A stretch of DNA of 64,000 nt, from positions 155,248,001 through 155,312,000 of the forward strand of contig OZ038378.1 of NCBI GenBank assembly GCA_964036045.1, given 5' to 3'. The first letter of the stretch is position 1, and the number at the start of each line of letters is the position of its first letter. The position numbers and the translations under genes are program-made. This DNA comes from Eutreptiella sp. 'Long Island Sound 2002'. Lineage: Eukaryota > Protista > Euglenida. Positions 38,301 to 50,300 of the stretch are shown one piece after another. Below the pieces are notes generated by a model. It did not search any database. It was given only the letters and a program-made list of their open reading frames with translations, and was not told where the DNA came from.

Positions 38301-41300
38301 GTATGCATGTGATAGTAGTGGGTTGCGCGCAGCCCCCCCCCCCGGCCAAGCTGCCAATACCCCCCCCCCCACCCTCCCCCCCCCCCCACAAGTTTTGGCA
38401 GATCGCTGGGGGGGGGGGCAGTCACATCAGGAACAGTTGTAGTCGCCCCCCCCCCCCCCCCTCCCTCTGTCCACCTGCACACGCCCCTCGGCCAACCAAA
38501 CGCAAACCGTACCTTTTCTGAAAATCCTTCTGGAATTTGGGCAGCCAATCCCGACGCATCGCAGCGTTTCTGTCACAGGCCTTAATCATAATCATCGTAT
38601 GTTCCCCCGTCAAATCATTTTGCGCTGCCAAAAGGAAAGGCTCAGGGGTGTACAGCACCCGCCACATCCCAAAACACACGCGGCGGAGGTTCCAGTACCC
38701 CCCCCCCCCCCGTGTGACATTCCGTCGGGTTGTTGTTTCGTTACGGGGCCCTGGACAGTCACCCGTTCTTCCCTTCACATGTTGCGTCGGGTCGCTGCGT
38801 TCTGTCGGCCGCTGCGGCCGGTGCTCTTGCTGGTGTCGTTTCCGCGTTCGCGGAGCCCAGTCGTTGGTGTGCTGGGGCTGTGCTGGATGTGGTGGGGTGT
38901 GCCGTTTGCGCGCCAGCAGCGCCCAGTAGTTGGCGTATTGGGGGTTGTGCTGGTTGTTGTGGGGGTCGTTTGACTGCTTTTGCTGTCCACACGCCTCTGT
39001 CCACAGGCCATTTGTAGCCTGCCTCGCTGTGTTTCTGTGAGGCCCAGGTGCCCTGTCCCCCCCCCCCCCCTCCTGTGCCCAGCGAACAATAAAATCCTCA
39101 CAAAATAAAGTCCGAACGGAAGTGTTCATTGGACCATTGGACAAGGCATTCGGTAGACACGGGGGGTGGGGGTCCAGGATCACTGTCCTCCCAACGCGGG
39201 CTGTACGGTAGCACACGACTGTGCACCATCGTGTTGTGTGCGCCGTGTGCACCCCCTGTGCCGTTTGTGCTGCGGGGGTGCCGCTGGCACTGCCCCGCTT
39301 TGCGTGCGGCTGCCAGAGCCCTCCCCCGTCTGTAGCAGTTGCCGGGGCCTTCATTCCTGCTGGGCTGGTTTTGAATCTGAAATTTGGGGGGGTCCATGGA
39401 CCCAGGGCCCACCAAAAAGCATTAAATTGTCCTGAGCAGGAAATACCTGCAGAACCAAAACCCCAGGCTCAACGATCAGTAGTGCAGTCCTGCAGCTACT
39501 GTCGCATGGTCGACCAGGCATACGCACGTGTGCCAGTGCAAGTAAAAAAAAAAGACGCATCTGCCCCTCCGTTATGGGAACCCCCTGTGTGACATTCCGT
39601 CGGGTTGTTGTTTCTTTACGGGGCCCTGGACAGTCACCCGCTCTTCCCTTCGCATGTTGCGTCGGGTCGCTGCGTTCTGTCGGCCGCTGCGGCCGGTGCT
39701 CCCGCTGGTGTCGTTTCCGCGTTCGCAGAGCCCAGTCGTTGGTGTGCCGGGGCTGTGCTGAATGTGGCAGGATGTGCCGTTTGCGCGCCAGCGGCGCCCA
39801 GTAGTTGGCGTATTGGGGGTTGTGCTGGTTGTTGTGGGGGTCGTTTGACTGTGTTTGCTGTCCCCACACCTCCGTCCTCAGGCCGTCCACAGCCTGCCTC
39901 GCTGTGTTTCTGTATGCGTAAGGCCCAGGTGCCCTGCTCCTCCGCACGTTGTCCCGGCCGTTGACCACACATGCAGTCCTGCAGTTAATGCGGTTCAGTC
40001 GACCAGGCGTACACACATGTGCCAGTGCATGTCAAAAAGAGAGACGAATCTGCCCCACCGTTATGGGAACCCCCCCCCCCCCCCGACGGTGCACCTGATT
40101 CGCAGATGCAGCGGAGTGGCTTCCCGGTACAGAGGGGGGCCCATCACGGCTGTGGATCAGTACCCGCAAGGGCCAACTGCTACTCCTGGATGCACACGGG
40201 CGAGACATCGCTGTACACCGCTGTGCATGCCCCCTGACCCCTGCATCGCCCTCCCTAACCCCATATCCAAGAGACTGCAGGCCCCGCGACAGTGTATTGT
40301 GCCCCTGCAGCAGCGACTGCCCCTCCTTTGACAAAAACCGGGGGGGAAACCAACAAAACAAAGAACAGAGATGAAGCAGCGCTGCGAAACCGCAGGTGCG
40401 GGGGCACGAGCGCGGGGGGTACATGTCTGTTGTGTGACCGGCTGGTTGGCTGAGGACAGACGGGGGGGGGGGGGTGAACGGGGGATGGGTGCGGTTTTGT
40501 GGGGATGGGCTGTTCTACTCCTCACAACCGCATGCTGCCGCCCTCGTGGGGTCCACTCCTCTGCCAAGGACTGACAGGCCCCAGTCCAGTCATTCCACGA
40601 CCGTGAATTTCGTGGGGTGCTGTCCACAACTGAACTGGGGATTGTGACACAGGGCCAAGGGGTTTCGGACAGACTTGCCACCAGCGTCTGCCAGCTCAGA
40701 CATGATCGGATGGGGCAGGGTCCTACTGAGTCACACGCCGGACGCAGCACGTTCCTACTGAGTTTTGGTGGTGCAGGGGGGCGGGTATTAGTGAGTGGCC
40801 TTTGGTACGGGGCGGATTGCAACTGAGAACCCGATTTCCTGCCAGACACTAGTGGCATGTTTGGTTTGGGATCACCACAATGCCGGTGCAGACGTTTGAG
40901 AGGGGGCATTCTTCTCATGAGACCTGGTGCCCCAAACCCGGGGATCGGTCCAGGGCATCTGGCACACATCTCTCCTCATTGGAAATGCGGGCCCTTCCCC
41001 AGTTCCTGTCCAATGGTGTGGCAGCACCTCACGCACCCGATTGCATTGGGGACGCTCGAGCACTGCCCAGCCCCATCGCGGCCTTGACCAGGAGGAGTGG
41101 CGGCGGGGGGGGCAGGAGGGGAGGGGGGTAGGCACAAGGCCTCGGTATTTGGTTTGCCTTTGGCGGCGCCTCTTGGCCTCTCGCCACCGCTCATTCTGAC
41201 CCTCTGTGGGCCCGAACGTGTTTTGGTTGTGTCAACGGAGCCCCCGGATGACTGGTCCTGTTTGACTACTCCGGGGGTCGGCCGTCCCGGAGACGGGGCT

Positions 41301-44300
41301 GTTGCCCGTGCCGTTGACCAGGGGCATCCAGATGCACCCTCCGAGTCCATGCGGGGGTTTGCCGACTCCAGCACCGACTTGTGTTGGGGGGGCGGGGGGA
41401 TCCGGAATGTTTTAGGTACACAGCAATACCAAAGAAACGCTGACCCTTGCTGTTGCGGGTGGGTGGGTGCCATAAACACAGACTTGCCACTGGCGTCTGC
41501 CAGCTCAGACATGATGATCGGATGGAGCAGGGTCCTACTGAGCCACACGCCGGACGCAGCACGTTCCTACTGAGTTCTGGTGGTGCGGGGGGGCGGGTAT
41601 TACTGAGTGGCCTTTGGTACGGGGCCGATTGCAACTGAGCACGCGATTTCCTGCCAGACACTAGTGGCATGTTTGGTCTTCAGGCGGGTGATTGGGAACT
41701 TTGGAGGACAACCAGTTCCCAGTGCCACGTTTTGTATGACCTGCTTCGTGGTTGAGGTCGATTCTGGGGGAGGGGGTTTTTCTGAAAGGGGGTGCACCTC
41801 CACTACTCACGGCTGCAGCTCCTGCTCCCGTGGCGTCCACTGGGGACACCTGCGCATGCACAACCCAAGGGCCCAGGCACCCAAGCGGACCCGATGTGGG
41901 GCATGCCACACCCGCAACACATGCACCAACGCACGGCCGTAGGGGGTACCTTGCCTCACATAAACGGGGGTAAAGCCACTTTTCTGCCAGAATTCAAACA
42001 AAGGCAGTGTGACCCCAAAACTTGTGCAGATGTAATCCGGGTTCTCTGTCAAGCGACGCTTGGCCAGGGGTTGCAAGAGGTGGGGAAGCTGTGCCCGCTT
42101 TGTCAGGACCTGCATGCGAGACCATGCGAAGGAAGGAATGAGGGGCACTGCGGGCACTGGACTGCACAGCAGTGGCAGCGTCTTTTAATGTCCCGGCCAC
42201 GGGGGGGGGGCAACTACCAACGGTCCTGATGCGACCCCCCCCCCCCGCTATCTGTCAAAACTCGGGGGGGGGGGAGTTGGGGGGGGGGTCCAGTATAAAC
42301 ACATAGTATGAAAAAAAAAAAAATTGGCGCCTTTGGCGCCGGACAGTTTTCTCTAGGGACACTTGTTGGGGGCTGACCCGGCACCACTATCTTTCAAAAC
42401 CCGGGGGGGGGGGGGGGGGTCGCATACAAGGACCTGGCCCGGCCGCCCCCCCCCCGGGGTCCCGGCTGCTCTTGTGACGGGAGGGTTAAGGGATAGCGGG
42501 TTAGGGCCTGCCTGTGCCATGCCCTATCCGACCCCTGGCCCCCCGGTATGTTGCGGCGCGGCGGAAGGACGCCCGCCGTGGGCTATGTGCCCTCCTCTGA
42601 GACCCTCCCGCGGCCGTGCTGCGGCCCCTGGACTGCACAGCAGGGGTGATGACAAGGTGGGCATGTCCCCCAACAGCCCCCCTGTCCCCCCTATCCCTAC
42701 AACGATTCCGATTCCGATACCAGCAGCCCCACCAGTAGCCCAGCAGCAACTGTCACCCAAACATGAGCTTGGTCAAAAGGCTTGTCACAGTGCCAATGCC
42801 TTGATTTCTCGTCATTACATCCTCGGCCTGCAGGCCCCCACCCCCCGGCCTGCAGGCCCCCACCCCCCGGCCTGCAGGCCCCCATCCCCTGGCCTGCAGC
42901 CCCCCCCCCCCCCTACCCCCCGCAAGGGGATCACGTCATTCGCAGCCGCCTGCCGGGCACGCAGTCCGTTGTGGCTTCGGGGGAGGGGGTGCCTTTGAGC
43001 CTTTGTTCCTGGAACCCCCCCTTTGTCCCGGTACAGTGTGACTGAACACTGGAATGCTGCAAAAGGGTGGTCTGCAAAGGGCTGTTTGAGGGTGACCTTC
43101 TGGACCATGCCAAAGAAATAGGACAGCAATAGGTCCGCTTTGAGGGCGCTTTGACCAAGGAAGCAAAGCAGTGAAGGTCCATTGCAACTGCGAGCAGGGG
43201 GAGCTGCTGCCAATGAGGGGGTCTGGAACACAGGCTCGAAGGACTAGACCTGATTTCCCCGATTGAGACTGGTACCGATTTTTGGGGATAACAAAGTTGG
43301 CGAACCAGATTTGCCTGCCATTTGTGCAACATCACTTGTGGGAGCAATGTCAGATGTCCTGCGATGCTTTTGGTTTGCCCGGCCCTCGGAGCGCAAGTAG
43401 AGGGGCCACCGCAACACGCCCAGAGACCTTCCCATACCGATGCTGAGTTGCAAGAAGGTGCTCCATGGTCCGGGCCAATCAAAACCCCTTAAATCCCCTT
43501 GAGCTGTGCCATCCCCCGTCGCTCAAATCACCCAAAACTGTCTGATTAAACATGTCCAGCGCCGCATCACACCGTGGGCGGCGGCGGTACTGGACAATCA
43601 ACACAAACATGCTTCTTCAACAGGATTACCGGGGGGGGGGGGGGGCATTGGTGCGGGCATATTTGGGTAAGGCAAAATTCGGTGAGGGGAAAATTTGGTA
43701 CAAAATCTTAAATACCGTGGAAAAGTGTGGTACAAATGTTCCAAATAATGGGTGATGCAGGAATCGAGCCGGGGGCTTGCAGTTTGGAGGTACAGTACTT
43801 CTATAACTCAGCTGTGTACTTTCCCTGCTACTCACCTGTGAAACAGTGTTCAAAGTGAAAACATGATGTCCCCAACAATTCAGACCCTCAGAACCTTGTA
43901 ATGGAGAGAAAATGTGCACAGGTACAGAGAAGAACGTGGCTTCGGACCTTAAATACCACGGCAAAATGTGGTACAATTTTGTTGTGCCACGTTCCGCTGT
44001 TCCGAATTCCGCACCTGCCAAATCCCCCCCCCCCCACGCGGTATCAGGCAGGAATACCATGTGAAAAGCAACGGCGTATCCCGCGGGGGGGGGGGGGTCG
44101 ACATGGGTGACGTGCCCCCGCATCCCAACATCGCTCCCCTTAGCCCAGCAAAGGAATGCAGAAGCTCAACTGGCGCTCCTGATCGGCAACGCAATGTTGT
44201 TGCATTTGCGGTGTTGATGTGGGGGAACATGCAATCAAACATTGGGTATTGTTGTGAACTTCCCGTGTTCTGCAGCACTCTTCCAACGCACAGCCCATCT

Positions 44301-47300
44301 CTGTACCCGTTTTGCCGTTGCATTGTTCCGGTCACATTGGCAACAGCGATGCCATTCAAGCGCCGAGGAGGAGGACTGCTCTCGGACTCAGAATGTTGTG
44401 ACAATGGGGCCGTGGTTCGACATCGTTGTGACACTCTTCACACTGCACTGCCCTCAGACTCCACTGCACTCGGAGCTAAGATTCTACACATACAGTGCGA
44501 CCCACCTGCTGCACCGAGGGCATACTTCATTCGGCTCAGGTGCTAGAACACGAGCTCCAATCACACCTCTTTGCCTTCCGAGAATTCCTCCGCATCGTCA
44601 TCCCCCTCAAACGCCCCACCCTCCTCGGCGTCCTCGTCCTCAAACATAATCTTGCCGTTGTAGTACTTCAGCAGCAGGTCCAACGCCTTCGAGCCATACT
44701 TCATCCGCTGGTAGTCGGGACTGACCGCGATCCGCACAATGCGGACGCCAGACAACTTTGAGAAACTGCCGCAACGGGAGAGCCCGGGGCCGCCGGGAAC
44801 ACAGAGGGTGTGGCCCCCAAAGACCCTCACGGCACCCGCCAAATCCGCAACGCCCGAGGGACAGTGGTCCGCGCTTGGGCGCCCGGGGGCCATGCCACGT
44901 GCCGGTGACCCATCGCCCCCGCGCGCCCGGGGGGGACCGCAGCGGTAGTGCGTACACGGCCACACGGTGCAGCCCACGTGGGGGGGCTCGTCCCCCATTT
45001 TGCGTCTTTTTGTTGCCGCAGGGGTAGGCCTCCCGAGAGACCCTGCAATGCCCCAAGCGCGGGCAAAGGGACTGTGCATTTGGGGGGGCGGGGGGGGGGG
45101 GCGGTTCGACAACCCCCCCCCCCGTGTGACATTCCGTCGGGTTGTTGTGCCTTTACGAGGCCCTGGACAGTCACCCGTTCTTCCCTCCGCATGTTGCGTC
45201 GGGTCGCTGCGTTCTGTCGGCCGCTGCGGCCGGTGCTCCCGCTGGTGTCGTTGCCGCGTTCGCTTCCCCCTCCCCCCCCGTCCCCTTCTAAGGGCCGTCT
45301 GGGGGGAGGGGGGGGGGTACGCACCCAATACAAGTCAAAAGGCACTTTTCCAATTTCAAGCGGATTTTCGGAGTCAAAACCTGCCTTCGGGCACAAGAGC
45401 CCCTTTACCACGCCCCCCCCCCCATACCCCAAACCCCCACCCACCGAAGACAAGACCCATGGGGTAGGCTCTACCGCCGAGCAGGTGTTGTTGGTGCCTA
45501 AGAACTGAGGGGGGGGTCGCCAGATAAGAGAGATCAGGGAGGCACTGAAGAGGAGGGCCGCAAAGACATAAACACGGATGACCTGAGCCGAGCTATTTCC
45601 CAAACACGAGTCGAGGGTTAGGGTCACTGACCTTTTTGGATCAGCTGGACGCCCCCCCACGCCCACACAAGGGCAACCGGGCTTTCAATTGAGGGGGTGG
45701 GGTGGATAGAGCCCCCTGGCTAGACCCCCCCCCTCCTCCAAAAAGGGCTCAATTGACAGGAACCCCAAAATCCTACAGAGTCTGACCCCCGGGCCTCGGA
45801 GGTGACCCAGACCCAAAAATCGGCAAAAAAAGAAAATGGCATTTTTGGAATCAGCGCGTCGAGGGGGTTCAGAAAAGTCATCATTTGCCATTGGATTTGG
45901 TGAAAAAAATTTGACCATTTTTCACGGTCAAAAAAATTTTCGGCACCTTTTGGCGCCAGAGTTCATATTAACTGGTCCTGTCAATCGAGCCCTTTTCCCA
46001 GAGCCCCCCCCCCCCCCCCCCTCCGGTTTTGGGGGGCTCTATTGACCCCCCCCCCCACCCCCAAATGCATGCGCATCGGGTGCATGCACATCCCTTTGCC
46101 GCCGCGGGTGCTGCCCCCCGTCCGTGCAACGCCGTGATGCGCCCTTTGGTGCGGTCGTGATGGTCCTGTGCCGCACGGGCGCTGCGCTGCGCTCCATCGA
46201 CATCGCGGGCGCGCCCATTTAGCGTCGCCCCCGTCGTCCGCCGGTGCGACGGTCCCCGCGGCGCATCACCGCACGCCCACGGCGGCGTACCCACGAATGC
46301 AGACGCCAACACAAGCGCAGGGGACGTACCTCGGCTCTTGAAAGTTCTGTGCGATGGCGTAGGGCACCAGATCACCGCTGCTGCGCTTGCCCTCAGACAT
46401 GTGCGCCTCCATTTGGGTCACACTGACGGCGCCTTCTTCGCACGCTGCGAGAGAACCGGCGACAACTCTTGGCACACGGCACCGGCACAACACAATTCAC
46501 ACGGGACACGCCCTCAATGCGTCGGTCGATGCCCCTCGTCCCCCCGGTCCACAGCACAACTCCCGGTCACGATTGCCGCAACGGAAACGCCCCCCAACGC
46601 CGCGCCACACCAGAGCACCGCCGCGCGGCGCGGGCGAGCGGGCGACGCCGCCGTCGCGGTGTGTGTCCGGGGGGCGCCGGGGCGGACGGGGGGCGGGCAG
46701 AGGGCGGGGCACACGGGTCAACGGCGCCGGGCCCCGATCGACCGCCGTTTTGGTGCCGTGGTCTCGCTTTGGCGTGGGGGTGCGGTCTGGGCACCCCCGC
46801 GTGCCCCTGCGGTCGCTGAGCGCAGGGTGGCCCCCGTGGCTGCCTCTGCCTCTCGCCCACACACACACTCTTCCCAAGGCCCGAAGCCCCCCCCCCCCCC
46901 CACACACACACGGGGGGTCACTCCGGGTGTGTTCTGCGGAGGTGCGGGCGGAGGGGGGGGGGGGGGGCAGACCTGCTCCGCTCCATTGCCCCGTGGCCGT
47001 CGGGGGTTGTGTGTGCCCAGCGCTCGGGGCCTCGGCGGTGGGGCCTGAGGGCCCAATAGTGTGAGCGCCGAGGGGGCGATAGGGCCATGGGCTGGGCCCC
47101 CGGGAAGGGCACGCCGGCCGAGGGCACTCCTTGGCTGACCCCCCCCCCCCCCCTGAGGGGCAGCGATGTATTGGAACGGCCGTGCGCCGCAGGAGGAGGG
47201 GGGGGTACCACCCCCCCTCCCCTTTGGCTGTCAGCCTCAAACATTGGAAGGGGACGGGGGGGGGTACCCCCCCGACACCAGCAGGAGCACCGGCCGCAGC

Positions 47301-50300
47301 GGCCGACAGAACGCAGCGACCCGACGCAACATGCGAAGGGGAGAACGGGTGACTGTCCAGGGCCCCGTAACGAAACAACAACCCGCCGGAATGTCACACG
47401 GGGGGGGGGAGGGGAAGAGGCCGCCAGAGGAGGCCACGCCCCCCTCCTACCGGAAGCGCGCGTCGCTGGGCGGCAGGGGACCTTGAATCACGCAGATGGG
47501 CTCCGGCATTTTGGTGGTGGAATGGTCGACTGGCGGCAGCAGCACAAACAAATGATGGGCCGGGGCGTCGGACATCAGCTGCAGATCGTTCGGCTGGTTC
47601 TTGTAGTGCGAAGAGATGTACAGGCTCATCATCTGCTGGAGGAGGTCCTGTGGGCAGCCAGGGGACCGGGGGTTTGGTGGTGCGCTGGTTCAGATGCCGA
47701 GCGGCCGGGCAGAGGGGCAGACAGAACCGTCCGCAAAGCGCCGCCGTCCGACCCCCGCAATCTGCACCGCCTGCCCCGGTGCACCGCCCGCCCAACATCA
47801 CCGCCTCCGGCCAGGGAGCGGGGGCAGACGGCTGCACCTCCCGCCCTCAAGCGGCTGACAAGACGCGGGCTGCACAAGAAGACCCGCTGCGGGTTGGTCC
47901 AGGGAAACGAGGCGGCACTGGGGCCCGTTCATGCGCCTGCCCCCACACCCTCTACTCCCCTGCCCCCTATGCCCCACCGGGACGCTCCTGAGATGGGCAG
48001 CAGAGGACGCGGGGGTTGGGAACGAGGGGCGGGGTGTTTGGGGCAGGCTATTGCTTACCACAGGGGGGGGGGGGGGGGGCGTCTCCTCGCTCTTAGACGC
48101 GACCCCCCCCCCCGCCCTCAGTAGAAGTGGGCCGAAGGCCCCTGGGGGGGGGAGTCTAGCCGCCGAGGAGGGCTTCTCTAAGGGACTAGCTAGTCGCTGC
48201 TAGTTGCTAAGGGGGGGGGGGGGGCTGATCAAAATTTGCCTGTAGCCATTGACCCTTGGTAACTAAGTGGGCCCCTAGGGCAGAGAGGGGGGGGGGAGGG
48301 AGGGAGTCGCGTACCCAAACCGAGGAGACGCCCCCTGTGTTGCTTACGGACCCCCGGGGGGGGGGGGGGTTGCCAGCCCCCGGCCGACCCACCCCCCCCA
48401 CCCACATCAGAAAAATTTTCCTCGGGCATAAAAAGAAATCTCTTGAAGGGGCCGGAAATTTGAGGCCGATTTCAGGGACACAAACTGTTCTTTGGCCTCT
48501 GACCCCACCCCCCCTCCCTGAGCAATAGCCTGTGGTTAGGGGCAAGGGGAGAGCAGGAGGAGAGTCAGGGGGATGCCTCTGCCACCCGGTGGTAGGGCCT
48601 GGGTAGGGGCAAGGGGAGAGCAGGAGGAGGGTCAGGGGGATGCCTCTGCCACCCGGTGGTAGGGCCTGGGTAGGGGCAAGGGGAGAGCAGGAGGAGGGTC
48701 AGGGGGATGCCTCTGCCACCCGGTGGTAGGGCCTGGGTAGGGGCAAGGGGAGAGCAGGAGGAGGGTCAGGGGGATGCCTCTGCCACCCGGTGGTAGGGCC
48801 TGGGTAGGGGCAAGGGGAGAGCAGGAGGAGGGTCAGGGGGATGCCTCTGCCACCCGGTGGTAGGGCCTGGGTAGGGGCAAGGGGAGAGCAGGAGGAGGGT
48901 CAGGGGGATGCCTCTGCCACCCGGTGGTAGGGCCTGGGTAGGGGCAAGGGGAGAGCAGGAGGAGGGTCAGGGGGATGCCTCTGCCACCCGGTGGTAGGGC
49001 CTGGGTAGGGGCAAGGGGAGAGCAGGAGGAGGGTCAGGGGGATGCCTCTGCCACCCGGTGGTAGGGCCTGGGTAGGGGCAAGGGGAGAGCAGGAGGAGGG
49101 TCAGGGGGATGCCTCTGCCACCCGGTGGTAGCTAAACAGCGTGTCCCGATTGACGTAGTACAACTCGCACTGGTCCGGGTGAGGGCAAAGGGACTGCTTG
49201 CTCTTCAGAGGGGTATCCATGCAGAGGACAGTGTTCAGCCATTTCTCCACGGGGTCCCGGGGGGCATATCTGTAGACAGCAGCAATGCACGAGAGGCGGA
49301 GGTTGATGCTGAGGCGGAGGTCGGCAGAAGCGACGCGAATTGGAGGCCGCATCTGCGCTGGCGATGATCAACCAAAACAAAACAGCGATAATCCAGCCAA
49401 AATGCCACGCTGGCATCGTAGCAAGGCCCACAAATCGTGCAACGTACACACTTGCAGTATCCAATCTGACGCAGTACACATGTCAACTTTGAGAAACAGT
49501 CTCCACACTGTCAGTTACTGCGATGGAGTTCAACGCATACAACTCCTTCCCAGTTGATGACATCCGAATGGAAAACAAATCTACATCTTCAGAGCCCAGA
49601 CGATGGCAAACCACTCAGCAGCCCGCCTGGCGATGCGCTAGGCAGGCTATGAGGAGCTGCTGCAGTTTTGCAGGGTCTAACTAGCACAGCGTCCTTTGAC
49701 ACTGGTATTCGGGCAGCTCCACCAGAGCAGCAGCTCAAAAGGAAAGCATCAGGTCTCCCTGTGCCCCACATAGAGCCCTGTTTGGACAAACCAGGGACCA
49801 GTTTCCAGCGACATCAGTCAGTGCCAATCAGGGCTAAGCAGTGCCATCTATAAAACCTCTCAGTGCCATCCGGAATTTATGTTTTGTGGATTGTGACTGA
49901 CAAGCAATGGAGGAGAGGAGACATGCGCACCCATAGTTCCGACTTGTGGCCGGCATAAACACACCTACACTTTGCCCCCTTGCGGAGGAGGCCCCATTCC
50001 CGTGCCCGTTCAAACACATCGCACTTCCCGGCGTGCTCACCGGATACAAAGCCACTCCAAAATTGCCGCAAAATGGTCCAATAGCCCAATTCGCAGACCC
50101 CAGTCCCAGAACCAATGGTCTACATCCCCGAGCTCAGATCTCGTCTGAGTGCCCTTCCCGCTCGCCATAACCCGAGGAAACGCACACTTTCGCGGACAAC
50201 AAGATCGTGTGAAACGCACAGATGGTGTGCCAGTTGCGAGGGGACCGCCCACGTAGAGCACCGCATACCTGATGGGCTCTGTCAACTGGAAGTGCTTAAA

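Noticed and set aside
39485-40075. ~100-bp direct repeats flanking a family-R copy as a giant TSD
   Set aside because: The copies are visibly diverged (many mismatches) and the right copy is offset from the element end; more likely an older duplication
43790-43890. Extra NAT10 exon ending at a CAG|GTGAGT donor
   Set aside because: No phase-0 open reading consistent with the flanking exons and no NAT10 similarity; exons 44567 and 42109 join in frame without it
48537-49131. CRISPR-like array (also 61861-62040 and 55442-55640)
   Set aside because: The units are contiguous identical repeats with no unique spacers, there are no cas genes, and the context is eukaryotic
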